A DNA stretch of 62,941 bases, counting the filler, from Octopus bimaculoides (taxonomy: Eukaryota): the NCBI RefSeq assembly GCF_001194135.2. It is 4 parts of 3 records of this genome, joined end to end, with 100 filler letters (N's around TTAATTAATTAA, not from the genome) between each part and the next. Parts side by side here need not be neighbours in the genome. Positions count along the whole stretch, not along the records: positions 48,281 to 59,599 come from NC_068996.1; positions 59,700 to 62,941 come from NW_026342802.1; 2 more parts are not named here. One strand, written 5' to 3'. This document shows positions 49,970 through 62,941 of the stretch, piece by piece. The first letter of the stretch is position 1. Each line of letters opens with the position of its first letter. Under the pieces are notes generated by a model that saw nothing but the letters and a program-made list of their open reading frames with translations, had not been told where the DNA came from and did not search any database. A program made the position numbers and the translations under genes.

Positions 49970-52167
49970 TATGTCTGTTGTTCCCTGTCTAGCTATCATG
50001 AAGAGATTCATCCAATGCCATTGCAGTTTTCGCTATGGCCAGATAAATTTTAAATTTGGATATTTTGAATAATTTGTAACGTCAATTCCCCTCACCCCAC
50101 TTGTTTTGTTTTTCTTATTAAGCAGTTTCCGTTTAAAATTTAGATATTAATATTGCTGCAGTTAAATATGGCACATATTGTAATATATAAGGAATAGTAC
50201 TCTGGGTATATATTTCCGTACATGCCTGTGCTTGTGTTTATGTATGTACCTTTATCTGATGATAGTTAAGGTACTGAACCTAATCAATGAGATTGTGGAA
50301 CAATTTGAAGGCGAACTATTTTGATAACTGAAAATTTTGCATTCGCTGAGAGAAAAGACACCAGCAGCTCTTCTGTATCGCTTTATTATATTTTCGTTTT
50401 CTTTAACACACAAAGAATATAAGTTCAACGTTTTAAAGTTCGTTTGGGCGTCTTTAATGAAAACAGAAGTTAAAAAATTGTGTGGAATCATTGTTTTGTA
50501 ACATCTAGTATGTACACTGAAACACCAAAATTTCTACAGAAATAGAAATATGTACGAGAAAAAAACCCACGATTATTAAAACAGGAATAAAAATTCAACC
50601 TCCATGTCTGTTGTAAATATGACCTACGTTACTGGTTGCGTTTCTACTGTGTGTCTTTTTATTACTATTTGACTGGATATTCCAAAAACGTTCTCGTTTA
50701 GTTTTGGTATTAATATTAGTCAAGTAGTGGCTCGCGTCTTCGGTATATTTGAAATGAAACATTCCGTAAATTCGATCTATATATACAGAAAGTCGATCAT
50801 TTTTATGCTGTCTAAAATGTAATGCCATATTTTTAGCGATCAGGACATTGGAATATTTCATGTATTTGTTGTTTACTACTCTTAGCGCTTTGTTCTTCTT
50901 GCGAATGTCTCTAAATATCATTTAGTTAAGGACAGGACCTTCTTCCACCTCACAGGATATTGGTTCTCTATCATAAGATATGAGTTCTTCCTCAGTGGAG
51001 TGTATATTCCCTTCTTCGCAGAAAGTGTACCAAAATTTGCATTTTTATAACTTTTTTTGCTTACATTATTTGCTAATGTGATGAATTCGTTTTATGTAAT
51101 GTTTGTGTGTTGATGTTTGCTTTTCATTACATTCTTGAGTGCTTGTGTCTGTGACTGTCTAGTTTATGGTATTTCTTTGTAGGTGTTGATCTTCTGGTTG
51201 ACTTGGATGTCCATTGTAACGTTTGTTGTGGTCTTTGCAGTGTTGATGATGTCTTTTATGATGATAGTAGAGTTGGTGTTGAAACTACAAAAGTCTTCTT
51301 TCTTCAAATTTTCCTGCTTTGTTCTGTCCTTTTTCCTTTCCCTCTAGAACAGCTATGTTGAGTTTACGGTACTCTGTTACTGATATTTGTGATGTTATCT
51401 CCGCTGTAGTTCTTGTTGTCTCGAGGATGTGAGGGTTCTAATGTTTTCGTTTATACTTCTGCTTCCAGTGACGTTGTCTCTACTACTACTGCTGCTGTTA
51501 TTTTGTTTGTGGATTTTTTCCGTTGTACTTGTTGCTATTGTTGTTGTTCCTGCTGGTATGGTTGTTCGCTGTTGTTAGTATTGTGATTGTTATTGTATAT
51601 GCAGTGGGGGCTCCCATGCTTTCGCTTTCTTTGTGTTGTGTCGACGCCCCCAGGCGAAGAAGTAGGATCTCCTAAGACATATAAATAGAGGTAGTCTGGC
51701 CGTGGTAGGAGTGTTGAGTAGCAGTCGAGTAGCAGTTGTGTAGCGGTTGAGTAGAGATCATCCGAAGGTGCTAGATAGCAGTAGCGTTGAGACATAACAC
51801 ATTGGTAAGCAGGGGACATTCAGATGGTTGGCATCACCACGGACGTGATACCTGGGTACACAGCCAGTCAACGTAACGCCCGATTCTTCCCCACTGGACT
51901 GCTGAAATGGATCTACGATCATTTTCAGGTGTTCTGCTTTCACCAGTAATAGGACCACCAGTTTTGTTCCATGCCAATTATCCTTCCTATTTCATTTTAT
52001 GCCCTGGAGAATATCTTTTCCCTCGAGGATAACGTACAATGCAACCAAACGTACAATGCAAACCGAAAGATGTCAAGTTCTGACGGTACACCGAATATTT
52101 TCACTATATCAGTCTTTCCAGATCACTGGTAAAGTGGACAGATTTTCCGAAAGCAAGAGAAACCAAG

Positions 52168-52359
52168 GCTAATAGGTCAGATTTTGTTGTTAGGACGCTC
52201 AAGATCGACATATCAACACCAACAGATGACAATGTATCTCTAAAAGAAACGGAGAAACTCTCGACAATCAAAGATCTGACAATAGAGATAACCCGAATAT
52301 GGAGCCTAAAAACCGAAACAATCCCTAATAATAAGTGCATTAGGCATGGTTAAAAAAAA
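52168..52359 (+). mobile_element. R4/Dong-like RLE domain fragment
   Basis: ANRSDFVVRTLKIDISTPTDDNVSLKETEKLSTIKDLTIEITRIWSLKTETIP..ISALGMVKK; overlaps the motif starting the 30447 copy. Confidence 0.78.
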
Positions 52360-54240
52360 CTTACCAGGCCTTACGAATATATATATATTATTATATATAT
52401 ATATATATAAATACATATATATATATATAAAATGCAGAAAATAGCACACATCCTATGTATAGTACTTGTCGACCTCGGCGGAATTTTAACTCACAACGTA
52501 GCGTTAAACGAAATACCACTAAGCATATCGCCCGGCGTGCTAACGATTCTGCCAACAATGGCTCAAAAGCCAGCACATACAGAAGAGGTGACAGCGAGCA
52601 GCCCTGACGGACAGAACGTGCGATACTAAACGGTTCCGATTGGTGGTTGATCTCTGATCACGAGCAGAAGTAGTGGGGGACCATTATAGTTATGTGTTGA
52701 GAGGAATTCTTTGAGGTTTGGATAATTCACCTCTGGAAACATGGGTGTTTCGTTCAACATCCTTAAACAACCCTTTTTCAGGGACCTTTTCAACGGATGG
52801 GCTACTCGACCTGAAGAAAATTCTGATTGGGCCCCACTTGCAAGGTTATGTGCTGTTTATCTTGTACGTATGGTCATGCACATATGGTTGTGATGCATGT
52901 GCCTGGTGTACCCTTATCAGATGGGTAGTCATGATGGGTATAATGGGCTTCATATATTTTACCCCAGTGTCACTTTGATGGCATGCACTGCTCTCTCACT
53001 CAATAAAAATAATAGTAATAATAGTTTCAAGTTTTTGTCACAAGGCCAGCACTTTCGAGAGAGTGGGTACGTCGATTACATCAACTCTAGCGCTCAACTG
53101 TTACTTATTTTATCGAATTCCAAAGGATGACAGGCAAAGTTGGCCTCTGCATAATTTGAACGCAGAACGTAAAGCCAGAGAAATGCCGCTCAGCATTTTA
53201 CCCGACATGCTAACATCGCTACCTTAAAAATAATGATGACGACGGCGACGGTGGCGGCGGTTATGATATTGGCTTCATCGGCAACAATAATAAAGCAAAA
53301 AAAAAAATCTCAGTAATACACGAGGAAATACTAATAAAGTATATTTCCAATTTTGATTTTAAATCTGAACTTGTTAATGCGCTTTTCTGCACCTAAAGAT
53401 AATAAATTTCAATTTGATTGAAATTTCAACACAATGTTTACTTCTTGTGTTTTACATCTTTCGTCTGGTAAGTGTGTATGTATTTAGTTCAATTGGAATT
53501 TGTTTAGCTTTCGTACTCGGTTGATGAATGAATGTTTTAAGTGTGTTTATTCATCCGAGTATCTATAACACCCAGTTACCAGAAACACATTTTTCATATA
53601 AGAGTCAAACCTTGTACTATTGTAATAGAGTTAGGTGACAAATTTATGTTACATGTTTGTGTGTGCGTATGTTTGCTTGTATGTGTGTGTGTGTGTCTGT
53701 GTACACCACTACAAAGTGCAGCCTCCGTTTTTTTTTGTTTTTTTTTTTTCTTTTCTCAGAAATATTGTAAATATTCAACAAACAGAAGTTGTTACCAGAC
53801 AGAAATCGTAATTGCGATCGATGTAATTAATTAAAAGAGTGAAGTACTTTTCAGTCCAAGAAGTGTAATCGGTAAAACAAATGTGTCTATATGCGTATAT
53901 ATGTGTATTTTATGTATGTGTGCAGGCATGTACGTGCGGGTTTTATGTATGTGTATGTCTGTATGTATATACACATATGTATATAATTAAAATAAGACAA
54001 AGAAGAGTTTATCAGGTCTTAAATTACCAGTTACCATTGTTCTGTACCAACTCTGTTTTTGAACTTCAATTCACGCCAAAGTTCCATTAGAGTGACACTT
54101 CGTCAGACTAGAATCAAAGGTGCGCTCATACATTGTGCATTTGCTCATATATGCATATATACACATATATACACATATACATGTACATATATTTCTATTA
54201 TACGTATGTGTGTACGTATAGATAGACAGATAGATAAATT

Positions 54241-54316
54241 GATGGATGGATGGATGGATGGATGGATGGATGGATGGATGGATGGATGGGCGAGTGGACG
54301 GGTGGATGGGTGGATG
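54241..54316. repeat. (GGAT)n microsatellite
   Basis: Read directly. Confidence 0.95.
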
Positions 54317-54819
54317 GATATGCATATGTACACACATGTACAGTATTTATATATGCACATATATATGACAGTACAAAGTAATGTCACATGGAATTACCAG
54401 TATATGGTCTAAAAATGCATTAAAATTACCTACTTCAAACTTCAATAAGCTGAACGAAAGCGAAAACCGGCCCCGGTCGGTAAAGTATGAAATTTCTTCA
54501 ACGGCAAAACCTCAAAACTATTTTAATACGAAAACCATTTTTAAAGCAAAAACATTTTTTTTGTTATGTGTGTAAAACCCACCTTGTGAAAATATACACT
54601 GATAGTTTTATATTGTTTGTGCTGCTTCTTGCTGTTGATTGATGTGGCTGGGATCATCTCTAGTTAGAGGTCCCAGGGGCATCATCGAGCGCAGAGTCGA
54701 CAAGGTTCACCAGTACTACTCATCACTGGCGTTCCAGAAACCAGCCCCTCTGCACCCTCCAAGATGATGTCGAGCCACTGGAGATCATTCTTGACCAAGT
54801 CCAGCTATATGGTGCGGTG

Positions 54820-54941
54820 TTTGCCACAGATGCCAAATCGGTTTGCTGCCAACCATATTTCTGCCTTTCATCTCGTTATTGAAAGATCTCTGAAGTTCCG
54901 TAAAGATCACCATCTCTACACCGCCTTCGTTGACGACATTC
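54820..54941 (+). mobile_element. RTE-like reverse transcriptase fragment ending at a gap
   Basis: NHISAFHLVIERSLKFRKDHHLYTAFVD resembles the RTE RT motif DHI..L..LIE..EF....Y.AFVD. Confidence 0.6.
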
Positions 54942-55314
54942 NNNNNNNNNNNNNNNNNNNNNNNNNNNNNNNNNNNNNNNNNNNNNNNNNNNNNNNNNNN
55001 NNNNNNNNNNNNNNNNNNNNNNNNNNNNNNNNNNNNNNNNNNNNNNNNNNNNNNNNNNNNNNNNNNNNNNNNNNNNNNNNNNNNNNNNNNNNNNNNNNNN
55101 NNNNNNNNNNNNNNNNNNNNNNNNNNNNNNNNNNNNNNNNNNNNNNNNNNNNNNNNNNNNNNNNNNNNNNNNNNNNNNNNNNNNNNNNNNNNNNNNNNNN
55201 NNNNNNNNNNNNNNNNNNNNNNNNNNNNNNNNNNNNNNNNNNNNNNNNNNNNNNNNNNNNNNNNNNNNNNNNNNNNNNNNNNNNNNNNNNNNNNNNNNNN
55301 NNNNNNNNNNNNNN

Positions 55315-55347
<33 letters not shown>

Positions 55348-55867
55348 GTTTTTTTGCGTAGGAATTCGTCCTGTACCTCCACTTGAAAAGCGGTGACAGT
55401 TTGTTTACATCCCATTAAGGTAGGGGTGTGGCAAAAGTAGCTGATAAAATAAGGACCAGGTTTAAAACAACAAAAAAGCTCTGGGGTGGATTAGTGCAAA
55501 TAACTCTGCAGTACAGTGCTTCAGTATGGCCACAGTGCATTGACTGAAACAAGTTTAAAAAAAAGAAAACGATATAGAAACATATAAACATATAAACATA
55601 TAAAAAATATACACACACATACACGCACGCACATATAACACATTCACGTATAGAACATAGATGTTCACACATGCAGAAGCATAAGTTTTCATATCTTTAT
55701 ACTTATATTTATATTTATACACATATGCACACATGTACATATATATGTATAAATATACACAATCCATGCAAACACACACATATACATATATACATATACA
55801 TACACATTTACATGTACACACACACACTCATCTGCTTATGCATTTGTATTTATATACATGCACACCT

Positions 55868-55922
<55 letters not shown>

Positions 55923-57620
55923 NNNNNNNNNNNNNNNNNNNNNNNNNNNNNNNNNNNNNNNNNNNNNNNNNNNNNNNNNNNNNNNNNNNNNNNNNNNNNN
56001 NNNNNNNNNNNNNNNNNNNNNNNNNNNNNNNNNNNNNNNNNNNNNNNNNNNNNNNNNNNNNNNNNNNNNNNNNNNNNNNNNNNNNNNNNNNNNNNNNNNN
56101 NNNNNNNNNNNNNNNNNNNNNNNNNNNNNNNNNNNNNNNNNNNNNNNNNNNNNNNNNNNNNNNNNNNNNNNNNNNNNNNNNNNNNNNNNNNNNNNNNNNN
56201 NNNNNNNNNNNNNNNNNNNNNNNNNNNNNNNNNNNNNNNNNNNNNNNNNNNNNNNNNNNNNNNNNNNNNNNNNNNNNNNNNNNNNNNNNNNNNNNNNNNN
56301 NNNNNNNNNNNNNNNNNNNNNNNNNNNNNNNNNNNNNNNNNNNNNNNNNNNNNNNNNNNNNNNNNNNNNNNNNNNNNNNNNNNNNNNNNNNNNNNNNNNN
56401 NNNNNNNNNNNNNNNNNNNNNNNNNNNNNNNNNNNNNNNNNNNNNNNNNNNNNNNNNNNNNNNNNNNNNNNNNNNNNNNNNNNNNNNNNNNNNNNNNNNN
56501 NNNNNNNNNNNNNNNNNNNNNNNNNNNNNNNNNNNNNNNNNNNNNNNNNNNNNNNNNNNNNNNNNNNNNNNNNNNNNNNNNNNNNNNNNNNNNNNNNNNN
56601 NNNNNNNNNNNNNNNNNNNNNNNNATATATATATATATATATATACATATTTATAAATATATCAATATATATGTGACCCGGTATATATATCATTAGGTTT
56701 ATTGACCCTCTTATCCCATCTCCAGCTGTAACTGAGATGAGACAGTCACTATGCATTCTGTACCCTTTGTTTGAAAAATCCTAAAGTGCTTAATTTTAAT
56801 TCACCAGAAGAAAACGTTTTCCTTTTACATGATGTACTTGATTTGTTCATCAATAAAGAACACATCTGAAACAGCTGTAGTGAACTTCAATCCATCTGTG
56901 TTATTATTTATACTTCTTCACACTTCATTGGATCTTGTGCCTACTGTGGACTGTTGAATATGTGCCAGAGTATTCACCTGTGTGATTTTACATATACTCT
57001 TTGTATTTGGTCTTTCTTTATAGATGTATACATAACAGGAAGGACAAATCCATATTTGATTAGTAAGTATATGAGTGTCTGTACACACTGATAGGGTACA
57101 GGCATTCCTTCATTTCATAAGAGCCAGTAAATTTTATGTATGCCTGCATGCAATGTACGTATGCATGTATGTATATATGTATAAATGTATGCATGTATGT
57201 ATGCAAGATTGTATGCACTCAAGTATGCATGTATGTGTGCATATATGCATGATCAATAATGTCTGCCTTACTTGAGCAACTTGTAATATTAATTACTTAC
57301 ACATGTGCTATGCCACATCAGATCAGCAAATAGATTTTATTCTATTTGCATTTAAGTCAGAAAACCAGAGATTTAATTCATTTTGGGATGATTTGAGTGT
57401 GTGATATTGATAAGCCAATAATGGCAGAATATCAGTATCTACACCTCCCTCAGATTCATATCATGACGAGTTGTCTTGCCTGGTCTTTGACATTCACATG
57501 TTTTTCAACACTGAGTATTCTCTAGGGAGCTTGCCCAGGGGCTATTCAGTATTAAAAAAAAACACATTCACTGTGTATGCTTACATTACTAGATTTGTTT
57601 TTAATTCATAATTTTACACA

Positions 57621-57666
<46 letters not shown>

Positions 57667-58668
57667 CGCACATGCACATATATATATACATATATGTATG
57701 GTAGGAGTGTATTTATACACAATATGTATAAATAGGAATTTAGAGAGGCTGTACCCCAGCATGGACTCGTATATAGACAGACAGACAGATTGATAGATGT
57801 ATATATATATATATATATATGTGTTAAGCTATATGTATGTATAATATATAAGAATGTATATGTATGTATGATATATATTATATACATAAGTATAGATTAG
57901 ATATATTTATATATGTCTATATACTGTCTATATACACATATGTACACAGTTATAATAATAGATATGTATGCATCTATATATTTATACATGTATATATATA
58001 AATACATATATATATATATGTTGTGTGTGTGTGTGTATGAGCATATCTACAAGTATGGTGATGCAAACAGGAGAAGTAGAACACCATATATGGGTATATA
58101 TATATATATTTATTAATATTAAACAGAAGAAACAGAGTCATTGAAGGTCCAAGAGTTTCGTGTGTTGCAAATGGACAAAACTCTCAGCCCTTGAATCACT
58201 CTGTCACTTCTGTTAAATATAATCAAAAATGTATATGGGAGTGGCTGTGAGGCACAGGAGTGGGTGCGTGGTAAGTAGCTTGCTTACCAACCACATGGTT
58301 CTGGGCTCAGTCCCACTATGTGGAATCTTGGGCAAGTGTCTTCTGCTATAGCCTCAGGCTGACCAAAACCTTATGAGTAGATTTGGTAGACAGCAACTGA
58401 AGAAAGCCTGTATATATATATATNNNNNNNNNNNNNNNNNNNNNNNNNNNNNNNNNNNNNNNNNNNNNNNNNNNNNNNNNNNNNNNNNNNNNNNNNNNNN
58501 NNNNNNNNNNNNNNNNNNNNNNNNNNNNNNNNNNNNNNNNNNNNNNNNNNNNNNNNNNNNNNNNNNNNNNNNNNNNNNNNNNNNNNNNNNNNNNNNNNNN
58601 NNNNNNNNNNNNNNNNNNNNNNNNNNNNNNNNNNNNNNNNNNNNNNNNNNNNNNNNNNNNNNNNNNNN

Positions 58669-58715
<47 letters not shown>

Positions 58716-59378
58716 GTTTGTGTATCTGTTCTAGTCCCTACCACTATCGCTTGACAACCAATGTTGGTGTGCTTACATCTCTGTAACTTAGTGGTTCAGC
58801 AAAAGAATAAATACTAGGCTGACGACGAATAAGTCCTGGGGTCAATTTGTTCAACTGAAGGCGGTGCATCAGCATGATTGAAACAAATAAAAGAATTTAA
58901 AAAAAAAAGAATAAAAGAATAAAAGAATATTGTTGGCATAACCATAGCTGTGTTATTAAAATTTCGTTTACAATAAAGTAGCTTCAGTATTAGTCCCAGG
59001 ACACAGTAAAAAGTCAGATGTAACATTTACTGTATGTCACTGCTAACCAGTGTGACTTTGTTTTGAATTTCACTCTCATTAAACCTGTGCTGGTATATTT
59101 ATATCTGCATTACATACTCATTAACAATAGATTGATTTTTCAGAATAAGTTGCAGGCATATGATGAAGATATAATCAATGGCGTAAATTTCACCAAATAA
59201 AAATTTCAAGATGATGCTGAAGAATGGCCACAGACTAACAACTGTAATGAGCAAAAGAATGAAAATGGAAGAATAAATTATGATGAAGATAATGATGATG
59301 ATGAAGATAATAATAATAAAATAAAAGTAAATATATTTTATATCATGAATTTATAGATCATACTGTTTATAAATATAA

Positions 59379-59415
<37 letters not shown>

Positions 59416-59550
59416 TACATACACACATAATTATATATATGTGCACATAGGTAATTTGTCTGAGTAAACATACAGATATACATACATTATGATATATAGA
59501 TGAACATTATGTATGTCTACATATATATACTCATACATTATATGCATATA

Positions 59551-59599
<49 letters not shown>

Positions 59600-60499
59600 N
59601 NNNNNNNNNNNNNNNNNNNNNNNNNNNNNNNNNNNNNNNNNNNTTAATTAATTAANNNNNNNNNNNNNNNNNNNNNNNNNNNNNNNNNNNNNNNNNNNNA
59701 ATCAGCTCACAGTCACAAGGTCATGAGTTCAATTCCTGGTGACGCATTGTGTCCTTGAACAAGACACTTTATTTCATGTTGTTAGTACGTGTATTTCAAA
59801 ATGGGCCAGTTTTGTCACATTCAGTGTCACACTAAAGTTCTCAGTGAACTACATTAAGAGTAGGTGTGTCTGTGGAGTGCTCAGCCACTTGCATGTTAAT
59901 TTCACGAGCAGGCTGTTCCGTTGATCGGATCTTCTGGAACCCTCGACGTCGTAAGCGACGGAGTGCCAACATGTATGTATGTATATATGTATGTATGTAT
60001 ATATGTATGTATGTATATATGTATGTATGTATGTATGAATGCATGAGTAAGTATCTATCTGTTTATTTGTTAACTATAAATCTATCTCTCTTTAGCAATG
60101 TTCCTGGCATTTTCTGTTTTTCTTACCTGACTTTCTTACTCTCCTTCTGCTCTCATTTTCTCTTTTCTCCTTTCACAGTTCTCTTTCTAATCTGTCTTTT
60201 AGTATATTTTGTTAGCTCTGTTCTCTCTTTCTTTCTTTATTCATGTTGTACTTCTTGCTTTCTTTTCTTTTTTTTTCCCCCCTCCTTTCTTCTCTTGTCT
60301 TCTCTGTTTATTCAAGTTCCCTATTACCATTGAAAACTAACACCCAACGCTGAGTGGAAATACAAGCCTGGCAACAGAAGTGAGGAACTATAAGAAGAAG
60401 AACAATTGCATCACAGAGAGAAGGTGATGGTGGTGGCAGTGAATGGAGTGAGGTCCTGCAAGGTGAAGGTGAGATGAGTCGAGGGTGAGACGAGAGCGA

Positions 60500-60644
60500 A
60501 ATGAGGTGAGGGTGAGATGAGGTGAGGGTGAGATGAGGTGAGGGTGAGATGAGGTGAGGTGGGTGCTGTTGTTGTTGGTTGTTTTTGTTTAAGTTATTCA
60601 AATTACAAGTCACTTTACAAGTGGTGCATTGTCTACTATGGGAC

Positions 60645-60685
<41 letters not shown>

Positions 60686-60787
60686 AAGAGAGAGAGAGAA
60701 AGAGAGAGAGAGAAAGAGAGAGAGAGAAAGAGAGAGAGTGGGTTGAGAGGGTGGCAGAGAGGTGTAGCAGGGTAGTAATGACAAGCA

Positions 60788-60827
<40 letters not shown>

Positions 60828-60830
60828 AGA
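60500..60830. repeat. Compound simple repeats: 15-mer gagatgaggtgaggg, (GA)n/(GAGAGAAA)n, (CA)n
   Basis: Read directly. Confidence 0.9.
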
Positions 60831-61411
60831 TTACATATATGTGTGTGTATATGAGTGTCTGTGTGTATATGAGTGTCTGTGTGTGTATGTGTGTGTGTAG
60901 ACGTGTGTGCATGGCTCAGTGGTTCAAGCATCAGGCCCACAATCACAAGGCAGTGAGTTCAATTCCCAGAACAAGCTGTGTGCTGCATTCTTGAGCAAGA
61001 CACTTTATTTCAATTCCTCCAGTTCACTCAGCTGTAGAAATAAGTTGTGACTGCAAGTCGACCATAAGCAACTTTTCCCAAACTTGTGCCCCAGAGGGGA
61101 ACTTGTTAGGTGCACCATAGCATCTTAGGCAGCTGCATTTTGCCCCAAGGTGATAGGAGTGGATTCAGGTGGACGTAAACTGTGTAGAAGCTCATCAGAT
61201 GGCCTGTAGCTGTACTTGAAAAGGCTAGCCTTGTCACACAGGTGTCACACTGATTCGACCCAAAAATTACATTAAGAGTACATGTGTATGTGGAATACTC
61301 AGCCTGTCTGCATGCTAATTGAATGAGAAGGTTGCTCACTTGATCAAATGGCTGGGTACTCCTTACTCACACGTTGAAAGCCATCACACATACATACATC
61401 TGTGTGTGTGT

Positions 61412-61446
<35 letters not shown>

Positions 61447-61500
61447 TGTTTGTGTGTGTGTGTCGTCTGTCTGTATCTGTGTGTCTATGTGTCCAACATG

Positions 61501-61536
<36 letters not shown>

Positions 61537-62389
61537 ACTGACACAATAACAGGAAAAGAATTAAGACACTGAGAAAGCCTGTATCTGATCAATCACTATG
61601 GCAGATAAGATTTTCTTCAAATCATTCCCTGGCAAATTTTAATAAAGACAGTAACACTGAAGAATGTCCTAGTCCTGATATAAGAAAAATATGGCATGGT
61701 TATGGCTGGATCCAAGCTGACCTGGGGCTAAAATGACAACAACAACAACAGCAGCAGTAGTGGTAACATCCACAAATCCTCCATCAACATCCCGGAGAGA
61801 TGCAAGGTCACAACCCTGGCCAAGAACATTTGGTCTTTGAAAGAAAGCGCCACCGAGTACAGCATAAAGTGAAAGCGTACTTCAATTGCAGTAAGAAGTT
61901 CAGGTTATGCCTAACTGAGAAAGGAGTGATTTTAAAGAGCAGGCAGGACCCGGGCATTTACCTGAATAACAGAAGTGAATAGCAAAAGAGAGATTTTTTC
62001 CCCTTGCCCACAAGAAAAGAAATACATCCTGTCATACTTGCGTGCCCCTCATAGCTATAATTTCTAGTCCTCCAAATCCTCCCAAACACGCACCACCACC
62101 AGTATAAGCTCCCACACATACTATGCTCCTAGCCTATCAAATGTTGTTACACTTCACTGGTTACAATGTGCTTTTACATTGTTTTAGCCTTCAAGTGATG
62201 CCATGCCTGCTGGCTTAGTGAGCAGGCTAACATTCCTCCATGATCGAAGGGGGGACTCAAACAACATGAAATGAAGTGTTTTGCATAAGAATACAATGCG
62301 CCGCCCAGCCAGAGAGTTGAACTCACAATTTAGCAATTGTGAGTGCAACAACCTAACCATTAGGCCACGTGCCTTCACACTTAGTGGAC

Positions 62390-62632
62390 ATACAACAACA
62401 AATACAATAACAACAGTAGCAATTGTAGCTGACACAAAAAAAAGAACAACAATGGCAGTGTCGACAATAGCCAGAACAGCAACAACAACAACAACAACAA
62501 CAACAGCAACAACATCAATAGCCATAACAGTAACAACAACAGCAACAGCAGCAGCAGCAGCAGTAACCATAAGCAACAGCTATAACAACAAAAACAATAA
62601 AATTAACCACAAGCAACAACAACAACAACAGT
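62390..62632. repeat. (AAC/AGC)n low-complexity tract
   Basis: Read directly; explains the poly-T/A/V ORFs in the track. Confidence 0.9.
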
Positions 62633-62904
62633 TTTTAGTTACGTAAGTCTTTATTGTAATTCAGACCAATGAGGTCATTGAAACTGGTTTATTAAATTCA
62701 CTTCTGAATATTTTACACACTGAATTATCCCACTTTCGCTACAGGTAATGTTATTGCTGTTGTTGCTGTTGTTGTTGTTGTTGTTTACTTCCAAGGCCAG
62801 ACATGACCGAACTTTGGGTTGACCAATGCTTTATGAGAGGGTTGAGAATTCTATGAAAGGAAAACAATACAGAAGGCCATTATGTGTAAATGTGTTGGTA
62901 TATA

Positions 62905-62941
<37 letters not shown>

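Noticed and set aside
59144-59352. Acidic/Asn-rich pseudo-ORF after ttttcag
   Set aside because: In-frame stop, decays into (GAT/AAT)n and has no donor.
45983-62646. Long poly-I, T/H, V/C, S/L and X-containing ORFs in the track
   Set aside because: Produced by microsatellites and N gaps, not coding.

Overview
AT-rich, repeat-dense animal genomic DNA with many N gaps. The SINE/LINE content and microsatellite load look like an octopod cephalopod (inference, not a database result). The one identifiable host gene is MBTPS1 (site-1 protease, S1P/SKI-1) on the + strand. 14 GT-AG coding exons lie between 1702 and 25254 (1,260 visible nt, consistent intron phases), running from the catalytic-Ser motif GTSVASP to ...DNSHMLK. 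Its 5' exons lie before the window, part of one exon is in an N gap, and its 3' exons were not found in the remaining ~37.7 kb. The rest is transposon debris: RTE LINE fragments and (ATG)n-tailed 3' ends, RLE-type non-LTR elements (R4/Dong-like, HERO-like), a degraded Penelope-like element (RT + GIY-YIG), Tc1/mariner/maT relics, piggyBac-like TTAA MITEs, tRNA-derived SINEs and microsatellites. The most unusual observation is minimal hammerhead-ribozyme-like motifs in three unrelated short elements. Two of these elements are palindromic dimers with one outward-reading motif per arm, which suggests non-autonomous foldback elements mobilised by Penelope-like retroelements. Several motif copies carry core substitutions, so ribozyme activity is unproven. 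All alignments were done by eye, and repeat boundaries are approximate unless a TSD or TIR is quoted.
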